From Lactobacillales bacterium (GTDB taxonomy: Bacteria > Bacillota > Bacilli > Lactobacillales > Streptococcaceae), in contig JAITQW010000001.1 in assembly GCA_031288715.1 (NCBI GenBank), forward strand, positions 7,186 to 71,185: a DNA stretch of 64,000 nt, read 5' to 3'. The notes under the pieces were generated by a model that saw only the letters and a list, made by a program, of their open reading frames with translations, ran no database searches and was not told the origin of the DNA. Positions 10,369 to 19,296 of this stretch are shown piece by piece. Each line of letters starts with the position of its first letter. Position 1 is the stretch's first letter. The translations under genes and the position numbers were made by a program.

Positions 10369-11241
10369 GTGAAAAAGTTTAATTTTGACAAGAAAATTAT
10401 TTTTACTTTGATAATAGCTATTATAGTAACTACTCTTATTACTGTATCTGTAAAATTTAGACATAATGGCGAGCGAAGCAATCCTATCATTTCTGCTTTG
10501 AATGATTCGATTTCATTTATTGATCGAATAATTGCGGTGCCTGCAAAATTTTTACACAATGGTGTGGAGTTGTTGGATGATCTTGTGAATACTTATGAAG
10601 AGAACCAGCAACTTAAGGCTAAGTTGGATAATTATGATGAGGCTATACTTACTGAAAGAAATCAAAAGGAAGAGTTAAAAAAATTAAAAGATGAATTGAA
10701 TTTGAATAATATGTTGACTTCATACAAGAAAATTTCTGCTAATGTGATATCTAGATCTCCAGATGCATGGCAAAATATTGTGATTGTTGATCGTGGTTCG
10801 TCTGAAGGTATCGAAAAAAACATGGCCGTTATGAGTCAAAAAGGTTTGATTGGACGCGTAATGCAAGTGAATGCTCATACTTCAAAAGTGGAATTATTGA
10901 CTACTTCAAATAAAGCAACGAATCATTTTCCTGTACGTATTTCTGGTTCAGGGGGGGATCGTTTTGGCTTGTTAGATCACTTTGACGAGGCAACGCAGAC
11001 TTTGGTGGTTCTACAAGTAAAAGATGGAAATGAGTTGAAAAAAGGTGATATTGTACAAACCTCTGGATTGGGTGGAAACTCTCCAAAAAATCTAATCGTT
11101 GGAACAGTGGTAGAGTTGAAAACTGGTAGTGATGGATTTTCGAAGGAAATTTATGTAAAACCTTATGCAGAGATGTACGATATTTCGGTAGTGACGATTA
11201 TTAAACGTATGATTGAAAACGGGGAAGGTAATAAGCCATGA
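10369..11241 (+). CDS. mreC: Rod shape-determining protein MreC
   Basis: N-terminal TM, coiled-coil (ENQQLKAKLD), C-terminal beta domains (GLIGRVMQV, GDIVQTSGLGG). Confidence 0.9.
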   Translation: MKKFNFDKKIIFTLIIAIIVTTLITVSVKFRHNGERSNPIISALNDSISFIDRIIAVPAKFLHNGVELLDDLVNTYEENQQLKAKLDNYDEAILTERNQKEELKKLKDELNLNNMLTSYKKISANVISRSPDAWQNIVIVDRGSSEGIEKNMAVMSQKGLIGRVMQVNAHTSKVELLTTSNKATNHFPVRISGSGGDRFGLLDHFDEATQTLVVLQVKDGNELKKGDIVQTSGLGGNSPKNLIVGTVVELKTGSDGFSKEIYVKPYAEMYDISVVTIIKRMIENGEGNKP

Positions 11242-11753
11242 AATTTTCAAAAATTAATAGATGGATACCCGCAATTTTTTTGTTAGGAATGCTTTTGGAT
11301 GGCCAATTGTCTTCTATAATGGAAAGTATTACTAGAGGACGTTGTTTTACGTTTTCCGGTTTACTTTTGTTGATGTTTCTTTTGGGAGCGAAAAGTCTTA
11401 ATAAGAGGTATTTATTAATTCTTGCCGCTGTTATTGGTTTTCTTGGTGATGTATATTTTACAGGAATTGTAGGATTAAATACTTTTCTTTATCCATTATT
11501 GACGTTTGGAATGATTTATTGGAAAGATGTAATAAATCAAAATATCTTGACTCAATTGGCGGGTTTCATTGTCGTCTTTACGATGTATCAAGTTTTTTTA
11601 GCTTTTCTTCAAGTTTTATTTCAATTAGTAACCATTAATTCGATTTTGTTTGTTGTTTCCATATTAGGACCTAGTATTTTGTTTAATTTGCTGGTATTTA
11701 TTGTGTTTATTTGGCCTTTGCGGTGGATATTTAGGATGAAGGTTAAAAGTTGA
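11238..11753 (+). CDS. mreD: Rod shape-determining protein MreD
   Basis: 171-aa polytopic membrane protein. Overlaps the mreC stop by 4 nt, which is the canonical mreCD arrangement. Confidence 0.8.
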   Translation: MKFSKINRWIPAIFLLGMLLDGQLSSIMESITRGRCFTFSGLLLLMFLLGAKSLNKRYLLILAAVIGFLGDVYFTGIVGLNTFLYPLLTFGMIYWKDVINQNILTQLAGFIVVFTMYQVFLAFLQVLFQLVTINSILFVVSILGPSILFNLLVFIVFIWPLRWIFRMKVKS

Positions 11754-11769
11754 AAATGGGGATATCAAA

Positions 11770-12981
11770 ATGAAGTATACAGAAATTATGGTTCGTTATG
11801 GGGAGTTATCAACGAAGGGCAAGAATCGAACTCGATTTATTCAGAAATTAGCTGATAATATTCGAGAGTCACTTGTACAATTTCCTAATATCAAAATTTT
11901 GGCTGATCGTGATCGAACTCGCCTGTTGTTGAATGAAGAAGATTGTGAATCAGTTATTTTTGAGTTGAAAAAAATTTTTGGAATTGTTAATTTTTCTCCT
12001 GTTGTTCGAGTAGATAAAGATCTTGATAAAATGAAGAAACAGGCTCAAGAGATGATTGCAGATCAGTATGTTCAAGGTCTTACGTTTAAAATTACGGTTA
12101 AGCGGCAAGATCATGATTTTGAAATGGATACCAATGAGTTGAATCGCTGGCTGGGTGCAGCTGTTTTTGAAAAATTTTCTGAAATTAAAGCGCAGATGAA
12201 GAAGCCTGATATTAATTTGAAGGTGGAAGTACGAAATAATGGCGTTTATTTTTCGACGAAGATCATTCAGGGGGCAGGAGGACTTCCTGTGGGTGTAAGT
12301 GGACGAGGAATGTTAATGCTTTCAGGCGGAATTGACTCCCCTGTAGCAGGATATCTTGCTATGAAGCGAGGAATGGAGATAGAAGCCGTATATTTTGCTT
12401 CTCCTCCGTATACCTCTGAGGCAGCTTTGCAAAAGGCAAAAGATTTGGCACAAAAATTGACATCATTTGGTGGTAAGATTCAGTTTATTGAGGTGCCATT
12501 CACAGAAGTTCAAGAAGAAATTAAAGCGACTATTCCTTCTGCATATTGGATGACGGTGACTCGGAGAATGATGATGCGAATAACTGAACGGCTGCGTGGA
12601 ATTCGTCAGGGACTTTTAATTATTACAGGAGAATCTCTTGGACAGGTAGCAAGCCAAACCCCAAATTCATTAATTGCAATTGAAGAGGTGGTTTCAACGC
12701 CAGTGATTCGTCCTGTGATTACGATGGATAAAAATGAGATCATTGAAGTGGCAGAGAAAATTGATACGTTTCAGTTGTCGATTCAGCCATTTGAAGATTG
12801 TTGTACGATTTTTGCTCCCAAAGCTCCAAAGACGAAACCTGATTTAGCAAAAGTGCGAGAATACGAGCAACGCTTGAATGTGGAAGTATTGGTGGAGCGT
12901 GCAGTTTCCAGAATGATAGTGACGAAAGTGACATCCAAGGGAAAAGAGGATCCAACTGAAGAGTTTATCGATTTATTATAG
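11770..12981 (+). CDS. thiI: tRNA 4-thiouridine synthase ThiI
   Basis: [14 protein letters not shown] (ferredoxin-like/THUMP N-terminus), PP-loop [10 protein letters not shown]. 403 aa. Confidence 0.93.
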   Translation: MKYTEIMVRYGELSTKGKNRTRFIQKLADNIRESLVQFPNIKILADRDRTRLLLNEEDCESVIFELKKIFGIVNFSPVVRVDKDLDKMKKQAQEMIADQYVQGLTFKITVKRQDHDFEMDTNELNRWLGAAVFEKFSEIKAQMKKPDINLKVEVRNNGVYFSTKIIQGAGGLPVGVSGRGMLMLSGGIDSPVAGYLAMKRGMEIEAVYFASPPYTSEAALQKAKDLAQKLTSFGGKIQFIEVPFTEVQEEIKATIPSAYWMTVTRRMMMRITERLRGIRQGLLIITGESLGQVASQTPNSLIAIEEVVSTPVIRPVITMDKNEIIEVAEKIDTFQLSIQPFEDCCTIFAPKAPKTKPDLAKVREYEQRLNVEVLVERAVSRMIVTKVTSKGKEDPTEEFIDLL

Positions 12982-13162
12982 AAAGCAGTCAATAATTAAA
13001 AATATTTTTTAAATTAAAATATTTGATTTTGTCAATGTTAATGACGTTGTTACTTCTTGCCAAAAGTGAATTTTATTATGATTGATGGAAGCTTCCAATG
13101 GATCTTGTTTAATGATAACTAGATATAAATTTGTCAATCGCGGAAAGCAGTCTTAAAAAGAT

Positions 13163-14140
13163 GTGTTTGTCGTTAATTTGAAAGAAGGTATTATTTTGAG
13201 AAAGCACTCAAGGCATTTAAAAAGGAAAAGGAAGAAGAAATTTAATATATATTTTATATGCATCTTTGTTTTTTTTATCTCAGTAATTGGTGTTGGCTTT
13301 TATTTTTACTGCATGGACGGAAAAGATCATTGTTCTGAAAAAATAAAGAGAGCAAAAGAACATTTAAATAAAAAATCAGAAATTCAAGAAAAAAAAACGC
13401 CTCTACCTAAATATAATGAAAAATTAGATGTATCTAATGATGGTAGACTTGTTGGAGCAATGCCAGAGTCAGCAAATCAACATGGATATTCTTCTTTAAA
13501 AGTGTGGGAGATACTTCAGTCTAATTATTTCCCTCCTTTGGAAGATAAGAAAACGATATTTTTAACATTTGATGATGGTCCTTCTGGAAACACTGAGGAA
13601 ATTTTGGCCGTTTTAAGTAAATATAAAATAAAAGCTACTTTTTTTGTTACAGGAAGTGCAGTGCAACACAATCCTGTAAAATTGAAAAAAATTTATGAAG
13701 AAGGACATGCGCTTGGAAATCACACCTTTTCACATGTTTTTTCTATTCTTTACCCTGGAGGGGTTTTGAATTTTCTAAATTTTAATAATGAGATTGAGCA
13801 AACGGAAAAACAAATTCAGTTTGTATTAGGAGAAAGTTTTTATACAAGAAGTATACGATGCCCAGGTGGTTCAATGAGCTGGCAAGGTATGGATTCTTTG
13901 TTTGAAGATTTTAAAAACAAAGGTCTGGCTTCAATTGATTGGAATGCAGTAAATGGAGATGCAGAAGGGGGGCTGAAAACAGCTTCTGAATTAGTAAATA
14001 AATGTAAAGAAACTGCGAAATATGGGATAAACGTTATATTAATGCATGATAAGGACGAAAAAAGCGAAACAGTTAAAGCGTTGCCGGAGATTATTGAATA
14101 TTATTTACATCAAGGCTATCAATTTAAAATTTTAATTTAG
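13163..14140 (+). CDS. Membrane-anchored polysaccharide deacetylase (NodB/PgdA-like)
   Basis: N-terminal TM, NodB motifs FLTFDDGP and GNHTFSH. The true start may be TTG at 13195 (RBS AAGAAGG). Confidence 0.85.
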   Translation: MFVVNLKEGIILRKHSRHLKRKRKKKFNIYFICIFVFFISVIGVGFYFYCMDGKDHCSEKIKRAKEHLNKKSEIQEKKTPLPKYNEKLDVSNDGRLVGAMPESANQHGYSSLKVWEILQSNYFPPLEDKKTIFLTFDDGPSGNTEEILAVLSKYKIKATFFVTGSAVQHNPVKLKKIYEEGHALGNHTFSHVFSILYPGGVLNFLNFNNEIEQTEKQIQFVLGESFYTRSIRCPGGSMSWQGMDSLFEDFKNKGLASIDWNAVNGDAEGGLKTASELVNKCKETAKYGINVILMHDKDEKSETVKALPEIIEYYLHQGYQFKILI

Positions 14141-14181
14141 ATCAATGGATTGTTGATGAATGTTAATTTGTAGGTTTTGCA

Positions 14182-14928
14182 CTACTTTCCATAAGGATTG
14201 TTTGACCAATCTACTTGATTGATATCAATTTTGAAAGCGTTTAAGGTTAATTCGGGAGCCTTTTTAAACTTATAAGTTTCTACTAATTTACCATGAACGA
14301 TTACACGTTTAATTGCTCCGGGATCGTTACAGGTAACCAAAGTGATTAATTTTTTATTAGGTACATCATCGATGACTTCGGCATGATCTGGAGTTACACG
14401 CTTTACTTTAGTTGTTTTGTAAGTATAAATTTTATCAAGGTTAGTAATATAGATAAGCATTCCCTTTTCAGCCCATTGAATTGGACTAAAAAGCAAATTA
14501 GGATTATCCACACGGTGGCTAGCTAGTGCATAATTGCCTTTACCCATGGTTTGATTTTCCTTCATAGTACCTGCCCCGTAAGAAAGAGCCGTATTGGACA
14601 AACCCTTGAAAATTGGTAGTTTCATCTGTACCTTTGGCATTGAGATAAAACCAATGACAGGTAATTTTTGATTAATTAATTGGAATTTTAATATTTCTTC
14701 AGTAGAAATTGGTTGTACAGCATCAAAGTCGAATGATTGTTTCAATTTGTTATTATTAAATAGTTTTTTAACACTTAATTCATGATAATAGCGATCCGAA
14801 TTCCACCATATGAGGAAGTAACGAATTTGCTTATTAAAAATCAAGGCAAGACCGACTAAAATACCTAAAATAATTAGAATGACTGTTGATTTTTTTCTCT
14901 TTTTTACATTAGGTGAAATTTTAGTCAT
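14182..14928 (-). CDS. srtA: Class A sortase
   Basis: N-terminal TM, HR...(LASHRV), catalytic TLVTCN motif. Start at the ATG after AGGAG. Confidence 0.88.
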   Translation of the reverse strand: MTKISPNVKKRKKSTVILIILGILVGLALIFNKQIRYFLIWWNSDRYYHELSVKKLFNNNKLKQSFDFDAVQPISTEEILKFQLINQKLPVIGFISMPKVQMKLPIFKGLSNTALSYGAGTMKENQTMGKGNYALASHRVDNPNLLFSPIQWAEKGMLIYITNLDKIYTYKTTKVKRVTPDHAEVIDDVPNKKLITLVTCNDPGAIKRVIVHGKLVETYKFKKAPELTLNAFKIDINQVDWSNNPYGK

Positions 14929-14949
14929 GAAAAGTGATCTCCTTTTCAA

Positions 14950-15179
14950 TTTATTTAATGTCTGCTGAATAACTTTTAAATTTCGCTTTTTGAAATCAAT
15001 TCTTACTGAGAGGGACGCTCATGAGCCTGTAGTCTCATGAGCACGAATGAGCTTGTCATCTCACTCGTACTCTTTCAGCAAGAATTGAAATTTTAAAAGC
15101 TTGCCTTTATTACATAGATATAATGTCAAAAATAGCTTATCTATAGCTATCATGAATTATTCAACAGGCATTATTTAAA
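14950..15179. mobile_element. MITE-like element, family C (full-length copy)
   Basis: Imperfect about 26-nt terminal inverted repeats: tttatttaatgtctgctgaataactt (14950-14975) and gaattattcaacaggcattatttaaa (15155-15180). Internal inverted repeat caattcttactgagag...ctttcagcaagaattg. No ORF. End sequences recur at about 19105-19151, 26334-26361 and 40111-40140. Confidence 0.6.
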
Positions 15180-15249
15180 AAGCTATTTTATTCTGATTCT
15201 TAATTAATTTATTTTCCTTTCAAATGGTAATGAACATTCAAAAAAACTG

Positions 15250-15630
15250 TTAAATAGCCACTATAAAATTAGCAATTATAAAAATTAGATAGATAAATAC
15301 AGTGAATACAAATATTATTCGCCAAAATAATTTAATAAATTTTTTGTAATTTATTTCCCCATAAATATACGCCATAAACCCAGTAATTGCCATTCCTAAC
15401 AAAAGAACGGATATTAGAAAATAAGGTAAAACAGAGTTTGAAAAAGCATTTTTTGATAAACTATTGAGGCCGATGAATAGAAGGGGAGTAGCCAAGTCTG
15501 GTGCAGTTATTTTTTTCTTTTTCGCCCATTTCCATTTTTCAATAATAAGGTTGAATGAGTAAACAGAGACAGGAGCAAATAATGCCCAAAGCAAATTAAT
15601 AAAAATTGGCAAAAAAATTCCTCCCAACAA
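15250..15630 (-). CDS. Small polytopic membrane protein (possibly DUF3397-like)
   Basis: 126 aa with 4 hydrophobic spans. Family guess is from memory only. Confidence 0.5.
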   Translation of the reverse strand: MLGGIFLPIFINLLWALFAPVSVYSFNLIIEKWKWAKKKKITAPDLATPLLFIGLNSLSKNAFSNSVLPYFLISVLLLGMAITGFMAYIYGEINYKKFIKLFWRIIFVFTVFIYLIFIIANFIVAI

Positions 15631-15670
15631 TATACTAGATTATTTTTTCAATTTAAACGAGTTATAGATT

Positions 15671-15717
15671 GTTAACAATGTTTTTTGGGAACGATTTTTA
15701 ATCGTGAAACAGGTTCT
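15671..15717 (+). repeat. Dispersed repeat family A, copy 1
   Basis: gttaacaatgttttttgggaacgatttttaatcgtgaaacaggttct. Its reverse complement recurs at 16821-16860 and 48844-48890, and a partial copy at 17964-17993. Confidence 0.9.
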
Positions 15718-15960
15718 TAGAGCACATTTTTTAAATGGTCCCTTTTTCAAAATGATTATACTTGTTTTTTCTATTACTTTCATCCTTATTTAAAAATTTC
15801 TGCTTATTATTGTAAGTTAATTATCATAGAATGTGTTTTTCATTGTTCTAACCGAAAAGTCTTTTTTATCTTAAACTGAAACATTAAATTATAAGTATAT
15901 TAAAATAGGCAATAAGCTAGAGAGATTTGATATATCCCCACTGGTACTACATCAAAATTT

Positions 15961-16341
15961 CTAGCAAAATCTACCTAAATCTTTTAACGTTTCTTGAATC
16001 CAAGTTTTCAACTTTTCTCCTATTGACGTGAATCCTATTTTTTTATCTTTATCTGTGTAATAACGCTTGTGATGTAAATGAGTATTTTCTAACTCATCAC
16101 GATCTTCTAAAGGCGCACGCAAAGACAGACTATATTTCTTGGAGTATTCATCAATATCAATAATTTGTACGCTTATTTTTTGTCCGATATGAATAATTTC
16201 TTGCAAATCTTTAATATACCCATTCTTAATTTCAGATACATGAATTAAACCTTTTATTTTCTTATCAAGGGAAACAAACACTCCATACTGCTGAATTCCG
16301 GTTACTTTGCCTTTGACAATATCTCCAATCATGTATTTCAT
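15961..16341 (-). CDS. S1 RNA-binding domain protein (CvfD/YugI-like)
   Basis: GDIVKGKVTGIQQYGVFVSL...GLIHVSEI is an S1 fold signature. 126 aa. Confidence 0.85.
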   Translation of the reverse strand: MKYMIGDIVKGKVTGIQQYGVFVSLDKKIKGLIHVSEIKNGYIKDLQEIIHIGQKISVQIIDIDEYSKKYSLSLRAPLEDRDELENTHLHHKRYYTDKDKKIGFTSIGEKLKTWIQETLKDLGRFC

Positions 16342-16380
16342 GTTTCCCGCCCCACCTAAAATTTAATCTAATTCAATTCA

Positions 16381-16806
16381 TCAATGATTTTTTGCGCGAT
16401 ATTTCCTAGTATTTACCTTAGCTCTATTAATCGACTTTACTGCATTTTTATCCTTACTATCATCAACACATTCTCTAGCTGTCACTTTGTTTTTTTCAAT
16501 TTCATAATTTTTCTCACGTATTTTCTGAATTTCATCTAAACTTTTTTCAATCCTTATTTTCCCCCTATTTATACTTATAGCAAATCTTTTTTGATAAATT
16601 TGCCAAGCAAAATAGAAGGAAGTACTAAAGAATCCTGCCATCAACAAGAAAAAAGCTCCAGAGATTAGCTTCACTAGAATGTTAGAACTAGCTATTGGAT
16701 GTTCTAAAATCGATAGTAAACAAAAACCACCTAATAAAAACAGAAAGAACAAGCTTAAATTTTTCCAAAATATTTTTTGTTCGTTATTCATAAATATCAT
16801 CCTCAT
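16381..16806 (-). CDS. Hypothetical membrane protein
   Basis: Two N-terminal TM spans followed by a basic tail. No motif recognised. The start may be the internal Met at 16791. Confidence 0.45.
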   Translation of the reverse strand: MRMIFMNNEQKIFWKNLSLFFLFLLGGFCLLSILEHPIASSNILVKLISGAFFLLMAGFFSTSFYFAWQIYQKRFAISINRGKIRIEKSLDEIQKIREKNYEIEKNKVTARECVDDSKDKNAVKSINRAKVNTRKYRAKNH

Positions 16807-16820
16807 AAAGTATTTTTCTT

Positions 16821-16860
16821 AGAACCTGTTTCACGATTAAAAATCGTTCCCAAAAAACAT
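16821..16860 (-). repeat. Dispersed repeat family A, copy 2 (inverted). Overlaps the 3' end of the Rgg gene
   Basis: agaacctgtttcacgattaaaaatcgttcccaaaaaacat is the exact reverse complement of 15678-15717. The Rgg stop codon (16837-16839) and its last 7 sense codons lie inside it. Confidence 0.9.
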
Positions 16861-17709
16861 TTTAATCTCTTTTTGAGCTTCCTTTATTAGTTTTGTTTCC
16901 CCAAAAAACTTGAGTTGTTTAATTCCCTCTTGAGTTTTTTTGAAGTTTTTAGAACAAATCCCAATTCGAATTAATGCAAAACAATAAAAATCGTAACGTT
17001 TTGCATTTTTTGACAATTTCAAAATAATTTTATTATTTTCCAAACATTCTTTATAAAGTTTATGATAAAGGAAAATTGTTGAAAGATTTGTATATACTGC
17101 TAAACAAAAAGAATTAGTTGTCTTAGTAAATTCTTCATACTTTTTAAGAGAATCGATCAATTTTACTGAAAAATTTAGCACTGTTTTGATAGGAAAGTAC
17201 ATTAATATTGAGTTTATTAAACGAATTTCATGGTAATACCATGTATCAATGGCAGATAGTTTTTGCCAGACTTTCTCAATTAACTTCCGTGCTTCAGCAT
17301 TATCAATGCTATCACTTCTATGAAAAATGATTAAAGAGTCAATAACTGTAATTAAATCTATTAATCCACAGTCATTATTTTTTTCTAAAAAAACCATACA
17401 TTCATTTTTTATTTTTTTCATTGCTTGAATATCTGAATTTGAAAGAAGATTCTCGAATTTAATCATAAGACTTTCTCGTTCATTCATCTGAAAATGATTG
17501 CAAACAAATTCAAACTCATCAAAAGACATATCAATTTGCTTTAGCAAATAAGAAAAAAGATCATACGAAGGAGTGCTACGACCATTTTCAATCTTCGAAA
17601 GTGTAGTTCTTGAAAGCATTTTACCACAAACTTTTTCTTGAGACAGCCCTTTTTCTTTCCGAATTTTTTGGTAAAATTGTCCAAAGTTCCAATACAAAAC
17701 ATACACCAC
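16837..17709 (-). CDS. Rgg/MutR-type transcriptional regulator (XRE HTH + helical repeat C-domain)
   Basis: N-terminal HTH (FGQFYQKIRKEKGLSQEKVCGKMLSRTTLSKIENGRSTPS). About 220-aa helical C-terminal domain of Rgg length (290 aa). Confidence 0.75.
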   Translation of the reverse strand: MVYVLYWNFGQFYQKIRKEKGLSQEKVCGKMLSRTTLSKIENGRSTPSYDLFSYLLKQIDMSFDEFEFVCNHFQMNERESLMIKFENLLSNSDIQAMKKIKNECMVFLEKNNDCGLIDLITVIDSLIIFHRSDSIDNAEARKLIEKVWQKLSAIDTWYYHEIRLINSILMYFPIKTVLNFSVKLIDSLKKYEEFTKTTNSFCLAVYTNLSTIFLYHKLYKECLENNKIILKLSKNAKRYDFYCFALIRIGICSKNFKKTQEGIKQLKFFGETKLIKEAQKEIKMFFGNDF

Positions 17710-17963
17710 ATTTCTATAATGCCATCAAAGTATAATTGATTTAGTCCTTAATTTAAAACTTATATAATTTAAATTTTAACAAAATAATAATTTCATTTTA
17801 CTATGATTTGCTCATTTTTTAAAGAAATGTAATCTAAAAATGTGAAAATAATTTATATTATCTAGAAGTTTCTATACTTTTTAATATTCAGAAGGGGCAT
17901 AGATTTTTTTGCGTACTTTTCTAGTACTAGTAAGAGATTGAAAAATAGAGTTTTTCGTTTATT

Positions 17964-17993
17964 GGAGCAATTTTTAATCGTGAAACAGGTTCT
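17964..17993 (+). repeat. Dispersed repeat family A, copy 3 (partial)
   Basis: ggagcaatttttaatcgtgaaacaggttct. Same orientation as copy 1, inverted relative to copy 2. Confidence 0.85.
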
Positions 17994-18043
17994 AAAACAG
18001 AGATTTGTTAATTTTCGAAGATACATAGGTAAAGGAGTTTATT

Positions 18044-19060
18044 ATGTTTGTTGCATTAGACGAAACAGAAAAATTTGTAATTGCTTCAGAAAAATTAGAT
18101 AAAAATCAAAATTTTCTCTGTCCTGTTTGCAGAAAATCTGTCCAACTAAAGATGGGCACACATTCTAGACCACATTTTGCTCATTTTACTAAATCCATTC
18201 ACACTAAAAAAAGAGAAGGCGAGACCAATGAGCATCGTGAAGGAAAGGAAACTCTATATTATTGGTCTAGACAAAAGACGGAAATCAATGTAGAGCTAGA
18301 GCCTTACATATCCTCCATTGATCAACGCCCTGATGTATTAATTGAGAGTAAACTAGCTTTTGAAATTCAATGTTCTCCCATTTCTATTCAACAACTAACA
18401 AAACGTTGTGTAGAATATCAAAAAATTGGTATTTCTCCTATTTGGTTTTGTGGGAAAAAATTACACATAAACGAAAAATTGTCCGATTTGAATCGAGCTT
18501 TAATGAATTATGCAAAAAATATTGGCTTTTATTACTGGGAGATTCATCAACAAAAGCAGCAAATTCGTTTGCTATTTAACATTGAAGAAACACTGGATCA
18601 CAAGATTCACTATGATACTTTTTGCATTTCTTTTAATCAAATGCCCATCCAAAAAGTTTTAAAGCTTCCACAATTTATCTCGAAATTGAGTCCACGTAAA
18701 TATGAAGATGAAAAAATTATTGCTCACTTTTACCGTGAACTTCAACAAAAACTATATTTCAAAGACAGAAGAATTATACAATTACAAGAAAAGTTCTATC
18801 AGCAAAAACAGAATCTACTAGATCTACCAAAATACTATTACTACCCTGTCATTCGCCCACTTTTCTGTGCAGAAGAAGCGATTTCTTGGAAATTTTCTTT
18901 TTATAATTTTCTCAAAAATCATAAGGTAGCTTCTAATTTTCAATTTAACAAACAGATGAAATTACATTCTACTCCATTGATTTCAAAAAAAACTCTCTTA
19001 AATCACTTTATTAACCAAGAGATGGTCAATTTAAGAAATTTTAGAAAATTGAAAAACTGA
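18044..19060 (+). CDS. coiA: Competence protein CoiA
   Basis: N-terminal CPVC...HFAH zinc-finger-like motif and nuclease-like core. coiA-pepF adjacency as in other Bacilli. Confidence 0.85.
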   Translation: MFVALDETEKFVIASEKLDKNQNFLCPVCRKSVQLKMGTHSRPHFAHFTKSIHTKKREGETNEHREGKETLYYWSRQKTEINVELEPYISSIDQRPDVLIESKLAFEIQCSPISIQQLTKRCVEYQKIGISPIWFCGKKLHINEKLSDLNRALMNYAKNIGFYYWEIHQQKQQIRLLFNIEETLDHKIHYDTFCISFNQMPIQKVLKLPQFISKLSPRKYEDEKIIAHFYRELQQKLYFKDRRIIQLQEKFYQQKQNLLDLPKYYYYPVIRPLFCAEEAISWKFSFYNFLKNHKVASNFQFNKQMKLHSTPLISKKTLLNHFINQEMVNLRNFRKLKN

Positions 19061-19104
19061 GGGTCCTTGTAGCTATGCTTCATATCATTGTGAAATAATT
19101 TTGC

Positions 19105-19151
19105 ACTTAAGCTTTTGAAATTTAGAAATTATTCAGCAGACATTAAATAAA
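19105..19151 (+). repeat. Family C repeat, solo end
   Basis: cttaagcttttgaaatttagaaattattcagcagacattaaataaa matches the reverse complement of the left end of the 14950 element. Confidence 0.7.
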
Positions 19152-19296
19152 CTTCAAAAAGTATCATGATATAATTATTTATTTTTTATTGGGCAGCTTA
19201 ACAAAAGTGCAAGAACACAAATTTGTGATAAAGTAGAATAGAAAAAATATGATTTAACTTCAAATTTTTACAGTTTTTAAATTAGGAGGAAAAGGC

